Position numbers and translations under genes: made by a program | Part shown: positions 1 through 12,939 of the stretch, in pieces | Position numbering within the stretch: position 1 is the first letter of the stretch | Layout of the letters: each line of letters starts with the position of its first letter | Notes under the pieces: generated by a model | Database searches by the model: none | What the model was told of the DNA's origin: nothing | Seen by the model: only the letters and a program-made list of their open reading frames with translations | Source: Phyllosticta citribraziliensis | Taxonomy: Eukaryota | NCBI RefSeq assembly: GCF_038025025.1 | Contig: NW_027117343.1 | Span: 930,001-994,000, forward strand | DNA: 64,000 nt | Direction of reading: 5' to 3'

Positions 1-3000
1 CACGTCGAAGAACATCCTGTTGGACGTACATTTCCTTTTCAATGTTGATCTTGGCTTCCTTCAGTCCGTCATAGTCTTTCTTGAGACCGTTGTACTTGTG
101 GTCGCTCAGCATTTGAACGTCATCACGAGACTGTCTCTCACGGCTGAGATCAGACTGAACCTGGTACAGTTCCTTTTTCAGATCGTCCAGCTGCTTTGCC
201 AAGAATTTTCGCTCTTCGACAGCATCAGCGTCTTCAGACAATTTGGCCTCGAGCATCGTTTTGGCATCCGCCGCCTCTCGCTCGAGCTGAGCCTTGGCAG
301 ACTGCATGGCTTCCATTTCCGCCTTGACCTCGCGAAGTTGAGACTGAATGCTGTCATGTCGAGTCGACAAAGTTTTCCACTCTATCTCCATTTTCTGCCG
401 ATCTGATTCGTGCTGCTTGTTCTCAGACTTGAGAATTGCGAGTTCACTGTCTTTACGACGGACAAGGTCCTCGTAGCTGGTGGCGCTGTTTGACAAATCA
501 GACATTTGCGTTCGGATCTCGCGGTTCTCATCGACCAGGTCCTTGATTTGCTTTTTGGAAGCATTGAGGTCCCGCGTAGTTGTTGCAAGCTTGACATCCA
601 GATCTTGGTCGTTTTTGAGCATCTTAGCCTCGAGATCTTTCAACTTCCGCTCCTTCAGCCCAAGGTGGCTGTTGAGCATGTTGACTTCTTGCTGGAGCTT
701 TTCCTCGGCCGCGGTCCGCTGATTACGAGAGCTTTCCAGGTCCGTTACTTGAAGATCGAGCTCGGTGATCCTGTCCAGGAGGTCTTGCTTTTCAGTCTCC
801 AGAGCTCCAATGATTTCACCGGCTTGTTCGAGTTCCTGACGCCACTGCTCAGCTTGCTCTTCCGTCTGCTTCTTTGCAATCATCAGCGCTGACAGTTGCG
901 CCTCCAGGTTGTCAGAGTCGGCCTCGGCTTCGGCAAGTCTTTCAGTAAGCTCAGCTTCTCGTTCCTGAAGACGCTTGAAAATTTCTTCCTTGTCCAGTGC
1001 CAAAGCGCGCTCGCTTTCGAGAGTGTCCTGGATGCGTTGGACTTCAGTCTCAGCACGACGACGCTCTTCTTCGATTCTTTGGCGCTCGGACGCCTCATCG
1101 CGCCTCTGGTTCTCGAGCTGTTGAATCATCTCATCGCGCTTCTTGACTTCTTGGGCCTGACGAGTAGCTCCGAGCAGTGGCCTCATGCGAACGAATAGTT
1201 TCCACCACGGATTGTCTTGCAAATCGAGATAGACTTGAAAGTTGTGGTGAATCACGCGCGTGGCTTCTGCACGATAGAGCCGCTTGTGTGCAATACGCCT
1301 CTGAACATAACCGCGAGCAACTGATTGGAAGCCGCCGACAATCTTGCTAATCAGAGTATCACGCTGCTCTTCCAACTCGGCCAAGACTCCGGCACGGAAG
1401 AAGACCTTGGTGAGACCGACGCGGTAGAACGAACGATCCATGTTGAGCTTTTCCAAAATCATTCTGGCGGCAGTCTGGCCTTCCAAGTATTCTTTGGGAA
1501 TGTCGTTGCAGAGGATCTCGTATCGTTGACGGAACTCTGCGAACGTCAATCTGTTGGGAAACCCGGTGCGGGCGATCCTGATTCCCTCCAAGACACCATT
1601 GCAGCGGAGCTGATCGAGAACGAGGGGGGCGCTGAAAAGTTTTGGTCGTTTCTTGTGATTTGGCAGAATGCATCTGACAAAGTGCGGATGAGTGGAATGC
1701 AACTGCCCCATGAGCTTTGACAGATTCTCCTTGTGTTTCTGTGCAACAGTTCTGAAGAGGCCTTTCTTGACCAGGCTTCGCGTGGCACCAGCATCTTCAT
1801 CAGTATCTGCACAATCCGCAAAGAGGGTGGAAACATGTCTGTCGTTTGACCGAGCCAGAAGGCGAGTCACATTGTCGTTCATGGGATCTTTGTTCTTCTC
1901 CAGCCAGCCACTGGTTGAATATTCCACCTCGGCCGCGTAGTGGGTAAGGATAAATCCGTTCGTCAACATGGAACGCCTGTACTTTGGTGTTTTGCGATCC
2001 CAAAGCTGATGCAGTTTTTCTGTAAAGGATTGGTCGGTGGCCTTAGGCATTACCGAGTCCTCGTCCAAGCAAGAGAAGATACCAATCGGATTCGACAACT
2101 CGATGAGGTCGATGGTGGGTTGGAGGTCGCGTCCAAAGTCAATAAACTTCCATTCAATCTGTTCTCTGGCGTACTCTTCTTGTTCCAAGACGAACATGTG
2201 GTGATTGAAGAACTGCTGTAACTTCTCATTGGTGTAGTTGATGCAGAGCTGTTCGAAGCTGTTCTCGTCAAAAATTTCGAAACCAGCGATATCAAGGACG
2301 CCGATGAAGTGGGAGTCGTCGGAGCCGTTGCCAGTCAGCTCGAGCTGTCGATTGATCCGGTTGACCAAGTCTCCAAACCCGCGCTCGTAGATTCCTTTGG
2401 CGAGAGCGTCAAGCGCGAGTCGGACCTGATCGGGCGTCTGTGTCTTCTCGACCCATTCTCTGCCAGCCTTGACACGTGGGTGCAACAGAGCTTTTATGAA
2501 TGGGTCTGCAGGGATGCCCAAGAGACGACAGACCTTTCGTGCTTGTTCTTCAGAGTCGGGGTCTAGAGCCGCTTGGTCGCCGCGTAAGCTCTCCTTGACG
2601 ACAGTGATGTTTCCCAAGTGGAGGACAGCGGCGACCGTTTTGAGAATCATCCTCTGGTCCTTTTCCGAGAAATTCATGACATGAAAGGCCTCGATCAATG
2701 AATTCCATTCCTCGGCATCAGAAACGCCAGTGATGGTGTCGTTGCCGTTCCTGGTGTAGTCAAAGTCCTCAAAGTCGAGTCCGCTCAGCATAAACTCCTG
2801 CTTCATTTGCGGATCGGCTCCGCGGAGAAGCTGGTAGAATACGTGGTAGTTTCGCTCGGTCGAGTTCAACCGGACCACCCTTGACTTCTCCAGGAGGTAC
2901 CAATCAATGTAAGCACCGGCAATCTGGCCAGCTCGGGTGAATTCGATCCTTATGAATTTACCAAATCTCGAGGAATTGTTGTTTCTCACGGTCTGGGCAT

Positions 3001-4033
3001 TTCCAAACGCCTCGAGAATCGGATTTGCGCGGAGAATCTGTTCCGACAGATTTGACAAGTGTCGAGCACCTGATTTGACCCGGGGAGTATCTGTCGTGGC
3101 AACAGCAGCAAGATACTGGATAACCTTTTTGGTGTTTTCCGTCTTTCCAGCGCCCGACTCGCCAGTGACGAGAATGCTTTGATTCTTGCCCTCGTCGACC
3201 AGGTTCCGGAATGCTTCGTCGGCCATGGCAAAAATATGAGGCTTGGTATCCTCCCGTGTCCGTCCTCGGTACATGTTGACGTATTCGCGCGAGTATATTG
3301 GAAGGGGGCAGTAGGGATTGACAGTGACCAAGAACAGGCCCGAGTACGTCTATGGTCCGTGAGTAAGATGTCTAAAAACTGGGCGAACCACTTACGTAGA
3401 TCAGGTCTGCTTGATACCTCATGTGGAGGTTGTGAATGACTGAAGGCTCATTCAAGTGCGTCAACTCTGCCATGTCGTCGGCCTTGTCGAATTTGGCGGG
3501 GTTGACTTTGTCAACACTGTCGGCGTCGACGGTTTGTTGCTTTGTCCTGGTAAGCTATTGCCCACAACAAGTACTTGAGCACTCACGTTGCCATCGTCGC
3601 ACTGCACCAACAGCTGGTTGTCGTCCAGCTCTTCGACCACCCAGCCCCGCAGGAACGCCTTGTCCTGGTCCTTCAACCAGACATATCTCTTGCCCGAAAA
3701 GTCGTTCTCGCCCTCGATGCCGCGCACGAGTTGGGGCGCATTTTGCATTTCTTCGGACTTGATGAATTTGGGCGCAAAGGTTCCAGCGGCAGAGGCGTTC
3801 TGTCGTTGCGAGTTGGAGCGGAGGCGAGTGGTATTACTTCTTCCGGGTATCAAGGCATTAGAGGACTGGGTCCGGGAATGAGCTGAAGGCTGCGAAGGTG
3901 GTGGTGAAAGCGAGGAGAAATTCATTGATTGAGGTCTAGAGGTATTCGAGGTGGGAGTCGGAGATGGCGATGAGGAGCCTCTGTTGAAAGGGCTGGCGCG
4001 CCATCGTGGGCCGTTTTGCGCGGGGGCGCTCAT
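1..4033 (-). CDS. myo2: Myosin type II heavy chain (5' part; runs off the left edge of the window)
   Basis: Manual minus-strand translation: ATG at 4033 (MSAPAQNG...), SH3-like N-terminus, [29 protein letters not shown]-loop [62 protein letters not shown], followed by heptad coiled coil. Introns at 3586-3540 and 3395-3350. The long exon is absent from the supplied ORF track because it is open at the edge. Confidence 0.97.
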
Positions 4034-4771
4034 GTCGCGCGGCGAGGTCAAGGTGGTCAAGGGAGGGTATCAAACGGGAATTGCATGCCGCGGGGAGGCA
4101 GAGGAAAAGCAGCGAAGAAAGGCACCTGTTCAGTATGTACAGCGCATTGGAAAGGGTGCTCGACGGGAGAGGAGGAGAGGTCTGGCGCGTGGAGAGTGAG
4201 TCCCTCTCACCACGGCAGTTGTTTACCTATGCGACCATGGCCCGTGTGGCAGGGCAACTGGAAGGACCCCAGCCCGCCAGCCATCCACATCCGCGCCATG
4301 CCGCTGCTGGACTAGCCTCGCTTAGCTACCCGGCAGATCCTCAGCCCTTGAGCCGACATTTTCCCACGGCAAGAACCAACTAACCCAACTTGACCCAGCC
4401 GTCCAACTCTCCACCACGACACCACGTCGACCACCCCCCGACCCTCATCCTTTTTACTCTCGATATTCTCACTCCCCCCATCTCCCCTCCCCCCTGCTGC
4501 TCTTGAGCGCTGTCAGCTTCATCGCCTGTGTGCCGATTGCTCCTCGAGCCTGCGCTACTCACGGCGACGCGTTTGCTCCGTCTGCTCCTCCGCTTTCGCC
4601 CCCTCCGCATGACCAGTACGCGCCTTGACTCCTCCTCCTTGGCTGGAACTTGTTGCGCCTCTGCTACCCCATGCATAGTCGGCGTCTCGGACTACCCATC
4701 TCGCCTGATTGCCTCTGTGAATCGTAGCTGCTAACGCCCAGGTGCTCCCGGGAATCAAAATCCAAACTGTC

Positions 4772-7700
4772 ATGGCCAACTGGCCGCCGCCTCCACCCTC
4801 TGCGCCGCCTCATCATGGTCTTCCATTTCACCCAGGCTTTGCGGCGCAGAATGGCCAGTCGACGCCCAACAACAATGGCGCCGCTTTCCAAATGCCGCCC
4901 TTCACGCCGCAAACTTCGCAGCCAACTCCCAACGCGCTTGCCTATCAGCAAAACGCTTCGTTTCCACCCGTCGCCCTGGCTGCAATGGATCCTGCTCAGG
5001 TTGCCGCTGCGATTCAGCAGATAACCGGCGGAAGCATGCAATTTCCTCTCCCCCCGATGCCGCCGCAGTCGGGCTTTCCACCGCCTCCTCCTCCAATCCC
5101 CTTTGGTTTCCCGCCACCTGGAAACCTTCCGGTTCCGATTCCACCGCAACCTCTGTCAACTCCGCACGCCGCGAGCCAGCACCCGTTACCGACCCCGCCG
5201 GCTCCCAATAATCGCGTCATGGAGATTGCAAACGCGGATAAGGAGGAAGGTGAGCTCAGTGATGAGCCGGAGCCAAATGCACGCGCTAGCGATACGCGTC
5301 ATTCTTTTTCCGCTCAACAGAGCCGCGTGCGCGACGATCGATCTGCTGCTGGAGGTGATTTCTACCGTCCGGGGAAGGACGGAGTTGCTCCCACTGGTTC
5401 TGATGCCCGCTGGACGCGTAACAACAGACCTCTCGAGCCTCTGCAAACTGACATGGAGCACAATGCAGGCTTTGGCAGATATTCATCCAGCGCCCGGCCG
5501 CGATCACCTCGTGTTCCAGCTTATGGAGACAACTACTCTTCAATGAACTCGAGAGGCGATGAATCGCGTCGCCAAAGCCGATCCGACCACTGGCGTCGCG
5601 CGTCCGACCACTACGAACATCCTTCGCAGCAATACAAGAGTGTCATCGATTCGCGCTCCGAAGAGCAGCCTGGAGAAACGCTCTCCGGTAAAGCTATCCG
5701 AGGCTCGCAGCCGACCGATCCTGTGCCGGCGCAGAACATCAAGGAGCAGGCCGAGAATTTCCTGAGGGTATTGAGTGCTTGCGGCTTCAGCCTGACTGAC
5801 GTGAAAAACTACGCTGCCCTTGACTCGCAAATCCTCGAGGATGTTTGGCGTTCTTTGGGTCTTCTCGTCGACCGAACGGAGCATGAAAAACCTCCCTCGC
5901 ACGCGCCTCAAAAACAGATCGATGCCACAGTCAAAGCTTCCAACATTAGTCTCCCAGCCAAGCCGCCCGCAAAAGCAGCTGAGATCAAGCCTGCCGCATC
6001 GCGTCCGGCTGCCGCCCCACGAACTGTTGCCTCCGAAGCCAAACCCGAGGAGAAAACTGCAGTAGGTACCTCTGTTAGTAGTCGGAATAGCACAGCGAGT
6101 GTCGCCTCTCCGCCTGCCGACCGTGCTGCGTACATAGCTCGCTTGATGGCAGCCAAGAAGAACACGAGTGCGGCTGCGAACAAGCCGGCAGCTTCGGCGG
6201 GAAATCCGACTCCTGCCATGGAAGATAGAACGGCTACCATTGATCTCAATCACCCAACTCAAAGTCAGGCTTCTCCGGCTGAAGTTGGTTCGATTTCTAC
6301 TGCCCCAAGTCAGAGTGCGCCGAGCCAGCCTGCTCCACAGCCTTTGCCAAATCGCGTTGCTCCAACCCAACCTGTTGCTCCTCAGACATCAACTTCTCAA
6401 AATGTCTCGGACCAAATCGTTCAAAGCACTACACCTTCAACTGTTGCAAACCCCGGCACCACTCGCATTCAAACATCACAGCAGCCTGTAGATCAGAAGG
6501 ACCTTCCAGCCGTGGACCCTGCTGTTCTTGCGGCGCAGAAAAAGCAAGCACAGAATGAGCTTGTCAGAAAAAGGATCGAGGAGCTCAAGTTGCAGCGCCA
6601 GAAAGCGGATGCGGAGGAAGCTGCGCGTGCCAAAGCGCAGGCGGCTGTAGCGTCAGCCAATCCAAACCTGCGGCCATCACCAGCAACAAATGGGGCGGCC
6701 CTTTCACAGCAAATGCGCGCCTCAGCTAGTCTCCCCGCCAGACCTGCACCCCTGCAGGCAGCTGCGCAGACGGCAATGACGAGAACACCGGTACAGGACG
6801 ACCAGGTGGCTCGCACGCCTCCCGCGAGTGTCTCCCCTGCTGGCGGCATCCCCGGCCTGATGCTGGCTGCGCCACCAGTCTCCCAGCCTTTTGCTCCGAC
6901 AATAAGCACACCTGTATTAGCAGGTGGCTCGGTCAAAAACCGAAAGCGCCCCGTCGCTGCCGACTTTGACGATGTGAAGCCAGCGACGCCATCAGCCTTT
7001 AAGCGGCCCTTTGGGCAAAGCCGTTACGAAACCGGTACTGAGATGATGATTATCGAAGTCAGTGACGACGAAGGTAGCGTCGAGGACGTCAATGAAGCTG
7101 ATGACCAGCTGCAGCAACCATTTCGAGCCTCGACGCAGCCACAGCCATACCAGTCGAAACAGACTGCCACCTCTGGTCAATACCCTCCGACCACAATCGA
7201 TATTCCTCGACCGGGGATGGGGCATCAAAATTCTGCTCAGGTTACCCCTCCAGCCTCGCAAACGCCAGGCTCGGCTGCGCACGCCGACTCGCTGCGACGG
7301 AAAGAGGAGGAAATTGCCCTGTTGAAAAGAAAGCTCGTGGAACGCCAGCGCAACCTCAAGTCCAAGGGCCAGCCAAGCAGGACTGGGACTCCAGTCAACT
7401 CGGGTCCAGTAACACAAGTCTCTACGCCAGTACAGGCGGACAGTCCCGGCACTGCGCCTGGCCAATCGAATGGAGCTGCACCATCGAACATGAGTCCCCT
7501 GACGAGGGCTCTTGAAGATCGTGCACCCAGTGCGAGGGAACGCGAACGGAGCGGGTCGTTGCTCGCCGACAGGGGTAGTGCCAACCCGTCACCAGCTCCA
7601 TCAGACTGGAAGACGCGCCGAAGAGCCGAGATAGAATCTGGCCTTACCGCCTTTGACGCCGACTTGAGCAAGAACATGAGTAGACTTGAACAACTTCGGA

Positions 7701-9313
7701 GAGAGATGGAGCAATTGGAGGAAGACAATCGAAGACGACAGAAGGAAAAGAATGATCTCGCCAACGAGCTCGAAAACCTTGGCATTGATACCGAGGGGAT
7801 GGCGCATGAGGAGCTTCAGGCGAAGAAGGAGGAGATCATGCAGCAAAAGGAGGAGGCACGCGAAGCCGAAGCATCTATGGCCCAAGACTTCCACGAAGAG
7901 AAAGAATTGTCTCCCAACGAGTCGCTCCATGCTGGCGCAGACAAGTCCATGGCAAATGCAGATGACGAAGATGGGGGTTCGCAAGAGCATTCGATTCGGG
8001 AGAATCCTACGACCACCGAACAGCCCCAGGCTCAGCCGGAAGAGCTTTCCAAGAGCACTGAAGGACAATCAAGCCCTCGGGCTTCATCGATCATGGACGT
8101 TTCTGAAGAAGAGTCCGAAGACGCGTCCGACAAGACCGATGCTGAGATGGAGATGTCGGACAGTGAAGTTGATGAGAACTTCGCTGCACCCGAAGCTATT
8201 GGAGAGTCTCCAGAGAGTGGTGAGGCAGGAAGCCAGGAACAACAGCAGCCGGCGGCCACCGGACAACTTGAAGCAGACGCAGATTCTGAGGATTTCTATT
8301 CGCCAGAGCCTATGCCTCGCGCTTCGACCCCAGAGGCTGCGGACGACGCAATGGACATCGCCAGCGATTCCTCGTCCAGCGCTTCAAGCGAAGCAGACGA
8401 GGAAGACTACACGCCTCCAGGAAATGACCCTGTGGAAGTCGTCCAAGATCAGACCTCGCCTAATGGTGGTGGCGATGCTTCCTCGGAAGCCATGGACGAG
8501 GGTGAGGATGATTATGAGCCTTCCGATGCGCTTCCTGCAGCGGCTCACACGTCTTCGCCCTCGCCGTCTGAGACTTCTGTGCCCAAATTCGAGTCCGAGC
8601 ACCCATCGCTGCGGAATTTCCCCACGTCGGCTTCACATTCTGGCTCTGAAGCTCCGTCGCAGACCCCAGAGGTGACAATCATTACTGACGACGTTGCTCC
8701 AGAGCTGCAGTCGCGACCTGAAACCAGTCGCGACAGCTCCCAGGTATGTGTGTCCTTAATAGGAGCTCTACAACTGACTTTGGGGCAGGCTCGCTCTACC
8801 GGTGACATTAAAACCCAACCATTCTTCACGCCTTACGAAAGCCCTCTGAAGATGTTCAAGGCATATCGCTATCACCCCAGCTACACCGAGAGCGTGTCTG
8901 GTGGGTTCAAGTCGCTAACCTATAGCCATGAAATCGACCCCATGAAACCAATCTGTCCATTCGAAGCAGCAGGTGGAATCTGCAACGACCCCGAGTGCGA
9001 CGGGCAGCATTTTCGCGGCATGGGTATCAGCGGTGCGTCACAATGATGTTTCATTGTCTCCACTTTACCTTGCCCCCGTCCACAAGCTGATTTGAGGCTT
9101 GCTCACCCTACAGAAGACAAAATCCTCCTGCAACTCGGGATCGTCAACCCCGGACGCACCCAGGAAGACCAAGATTTGTGGCGGGTTGGTCTGAGGCAGA
9201 TTCTCAAAAGTCTGCGTGAACAGGGCGTCAAGAGCGGCGAAGCTGTTGCCAAAGCCATCGCCGACTATCGCCGCGAATTCCTCAAGGACCCCAGTAGAGT
9301 GCTCAACCTCTGA
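4772..9313 (+). CDS. Large low-complexity protein with C-terminal zf-C3H1 zinc finger (Red1/ZFC3H1-like, putative NURS/MTREC subunit)
   Basis: 1434-aa ORF: Pro-rich N-terminus, coiled coils, C-terminal FTPYESPLKMFKAYRYHP...SLTYSHEIDP..PICPFEAAGGICNDPECDGQHF. Introns ~8744-8788 and ~9033-9113; last exon ends VLNL-TGA at 9313. Confidence 0.8.
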
Positions 9314-10196
9314 AATCGCGACTTGGTATTTTGGGGCCATGGGTGGGCTTTGCCAACGCAGCGGACATAGGTTTGGCTGTTGGCTGGCCACCATGGCCTT
9401 CCGGAATATTGAAGCCCAGATTTGCCGTGACATGCTCTCTGAAGACACCACCTCTTCATTCCCTCGACTGCCCCCAGTCCCTGTCCGTTGCGACTCTTAC
9501 GCTGAATCTACCGCACTCATGATTGCGGTCAACGTTTCGGAGAAAAAACAAAAAACAACAAAAGAAGGGGAGGAAACTGGGAAGTGGAGGCATTTTTCTA
9601 ATTTGGCGGCATTGAAAATGGCGTAAACGGCGGTTGCGAACAGCGAGATACCCTCTTGCATTGGCAAGGTGTTACTCGAGTCTTATTCGACTGACTTGAA
9701 CTTTGGCCTTTTCCCACTGAGTGGGCACATCTAAGCAGACTTGCGCCTGATGTTGATGTTCGAGAACAGCAAGGCACATGGGAGGAGGGTGACAAAAAAA
9801 GCATGGGACAGGCATAGGTAGTCTACATCGTAGAAACCCAAACCAGGTAATTCAAACTCTTTCAAACCTTCAACGCCGGTCTCGGATTGCTTCGTTGGAT
9901 GTTTACTTCAAGACAATCATTGGCTCCATGTAACGCGACCAGGTAGGTGATCCGAGAGCCCAACATGGAAGGTCTTGACGCATTAACCTACTCATGGCAG
10001 GGCTGCAACTTTGCCGATTGGTTCAGTGGCTCGCACAAATCCCCGCGTCGACGACCCCACGCCCCGCCTTTAGCGACCCACTGTTTTCGTCTCTACCACG
10101 ATACGGAGCAGCATGGCGCTGACGAGAGATAAAAAGCCGTGTTGGCCACGGAGACTGCTTTGACACATTCCTCCGGCTTTTTCACTAGACATTCCA

Positions 10197-11247
10197 ATGG
10201 CTGCAACACCATCCACGCTTGCTCCCTTCTCCGTCAGCGGAAAGACGGCTGTTATTACGGGAGCTGGGTCAGGTGCAAAGTCTCTCTCTTTTCAATGTCT
10301 GCTCGATACTGACAGTCTCAGGCATCGGCTTCTGCTTCGCCGAACTGCTCCTCTCCAAGAACTGCAATGTCGTCATAGCAGATCTTTCTCTGCGCCCGGA
10401 AGCCCAGGCTCTAGTCTCCAAGTATTCCGACTCGACCAAGTCGCCGCGCGCCATCTTCGTCACCACCGACGTGCGCGACTGGCCCGCCCTGCAGCGCATG
10501 TTTGACGAGACGCTGCGCGCGTTTGGCGACTTCGACATTGTCTGCCCCGGCGCCGGGATATACGAACCGCACTGGTCAAACTTCTGGCATCCGCCGGGCC
10601 ACCCAGAAGCAAAGGACCCTGCCGACGGCGGGCGCTACGCCACGCTCGACATCAACCTCACGCACCCCATTCGGGCGACGCAGCTGGCGCTGTCGTACTG
10701 GCTGCACCCGCGCCCAACGACCGTCACACGCAACGGCCAAGCAAGCACAACCACGCCGCCCAAAGCGTCGCCCCTGAACCCCAAGCGCATCGTGCACATC
10801 AGCAGTGTAGCAGGGCAGTCGCCCAGCCTGGCGAACCCCATCTACATCGCGACCAAGCACGCCATCTCAGGTTTCGTTCGCTGCCTCGGCCCGCTCGAGC
10901 CCGTAACCGGCATCCGCGTCAACGCCGTCGCCCCCGGCGTCATCAAGACGCCCCTGTGGACCGAGCACCCGGAGAAGATGATCTATACCGGCGGCGCCGA
11001 GGACGAGGGGTGGGTTGAGCCGGCCGAGGTGGCGGCCGCGATGCTGAGGTGTGCGGTGGAGGAGGGCCTCGCGTTGGGCAAGGTGCTTGAGGTGGGCAAG
11101 GGGAACACGAGACTTGTCAACGCGGTCAATGATCCGGGTCCTGATCGCGATCCTAGGAAGGGGTTGGTCACGGCCAAGTATGAGAAGGGTGTCCAGGCTG
11201 TGTTTGGCTGGCTGGCGCAGGATGGATGGGGGAGATCCAAGTTGTAG
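10197..11247 (+). CDS. Short-chain dehydrogenase/reductase (15-hydroxyprostaglandin dehydrogenase-like), C-terminal PTS1
   Basis: TGAGSG/IG Rossmann motif joined across intron ~10273-10321; catalytic YIATK (YxxxK); NAVAPG; ends in -SKL. Confidence 0.92.
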
Positions 11248-11649
11248 GTTTGCGGCGCATGTTCTTTTGTTGGTAGAGGCGCTAGAGTTATACAGTGGCT
11301 TTGGGGAGTAGTACTCTGCTTTTGCTCTCGTAGTCAGTGACTCTTCTCAGAAGCACTCGGTGAGCCCGATGTTATCCTCACCGATGGCAACATCTCATGC
11401 AGTGTGCCCTTCGACATATCCGCGGGCTCCTCTTGCGAGGAGCATCTGCCGCACCCAAACTCCACAGTCCCAAGTATACTGTGTAGAGATTCCACCTCCA
11501 TCCGCCATGCTTGATCCCGGCTCTCCTCACTTCATCGCCCTGCCCAAATCCCGTTTCCGACCGTAGGACCCCTCTCCTCCTTGTATCTCTCCGTCGATAC
11601 CTCAGTGTTTCCCCTGAAGTGAGATGTTCGATACGCTAGATCTGGTGGC

Positions 11650-12222
11650 TGGAGCGTACAGGGAGGAACCGTGCTCTCTTACAGAAGCGGCCAAGGAGGA
11701 GTCGTGCGCTCCGACGTAGGCCACCAAGGAGGGGTCGCGAGTTGCTGCAGAGCAGCCCAAGGAGCAGTCACTCGCTTTGACGCAGGCGGCCAGGGAGGAG
11801 CCGTACGCTTGTACAGAGGCGGCCGAGGGGGATTCGTACATTCCGACGGAGGCCATCGAGGAGGTATGCCTCCGCACAAAAGCCCAAGTAGGCCTCATAT
11901 TCTTTGCGCAAGTGTATGTGTCTGGGAGGCTTTGTCAGCACCAGCAGCGCCTGTCAACGAGTTGTCGTGTATTCGCGAAGTGGCGTACAAGGAGCGGTCG
12001 TAAGCTTCCGCAGAGTCCACTGAGGAGTCTTCGTTGTTGTCAAGACTCAGTCCTCGGGCGCGATCGTAAGCCTGCGGAGTGGCTGTCAGGGGGTCCTCAG
12101 AGTCCATCAGTGAAGTCGCTTGGGAGTTGTCGTCGTCTTCCAGAGATGCAGTCCGGGAGGAATCGTCGTCCTGAACCAGCGCTGCTAGGGAAGAGTCGTT
12201 TTCTTGGAGAGAGGGTGCCCCA
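11650..12222 (-). repeat. Degenerate 33-bp tandem array (~15 recognisable units in two blocks) encoding 11-aa repeats on the minus strand; possible pseudogene
   Basis: GGAG-like anchors at 11662, 11695, 11728, 11761, 11794, 11827, 11860 and 11958, 11991, 12024, 12057, 12090, 12123, 12156, 12189, with exact 33-nt spacing within each block. ORFs 11602-11898 and 11895-12233 give SLAASVREHGS / SLAALVQDDDS-type repeats. Confidence 0.85.
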
Positions 12223-12334
12223 GAGCCTCTCACGGTGTTGATATCCCATTATCCAGAAGCTCCCCTGGAACCCCTTTCGAGAATCGGCTCCTCCGATCAA
12301 TCCCCTCTCAGATGAGGATATGGTTGCCCATCAA

Positions 12335-12560
12335 GTGCTTGACAGCAGCCAGCTGAGGTTGTGAGCCAGTGTTCCGGGCCTGGTGATGATAGTCGGCGAC
12401 ATCATCGTCCACATGCAGCGCACCCACAGACCGCAAAACGCTCAGATGGCAGGCCCCCGCCATGTGCTTGACAGCCAGCAGCTGAGTGTTCCGGGCCTGG
12501 TGATGTTAGTCGGCGACATCATCGTCCACATGCAGCGTACCCACAGACCGCAAAACGCTC
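12335..12560. repeat. Direct duplication, period 117 bp (~75-bp near-identical core)
   Basis: agtgttccgggcctggtgatg[a/t]tagtcggcgacatcatcgtccacatgcagcg[c/t]acccacagaccgcaaaacgctc at ~12368-12443 and ~12485-12560, each preceded by gtgcttgacagc. Confidence 0.95.
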
Positions 12561-12939
12561 TCGCAGCGCAGCCCGCCGAGCCCCCCAGCCGCATATAGAG
12601 TCACTAATGAATTTCAACTTGCCCTTCTCTCCTCCACCTCTCAACCCACTTTGCAATCCACTTCCTCCACTGCCCAACCTTTCCCAGATCAGCACATCAC
12701 CAAGAAACGTCGACCTGCTCTTCCTCCTCTACTTTTCAACCCAATTTGCAACCCACCTCCTTCTACACCCAACCTTTTTCAGACCTGCCGGTACACAGTT
12801 CAACGCCAAACCCGCCCACATCACGTAAATCCTACGTGAACCTCGCTGCATCCCTCCCATCGTCTCATCTTCCTCCCGACGGAAATTCTTCTTCCAGTTG
12901 AATACTCAGCCAGGTATGAATGCTCCCAAGTCCTGTTCT

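Noticed and set aside
20..3439. Series of plus-strand ORFs of 80-130 aa
   Set aside because: Antisense shadows of the long myosin II exon.
5540..8675. Long alternative-frame or antisense ORFs (276 aa, 182 aa, 329 aa)
   Set aside because: Lie within the Red1-like CDS; expected from GC-rich codon bias; no domain signal.
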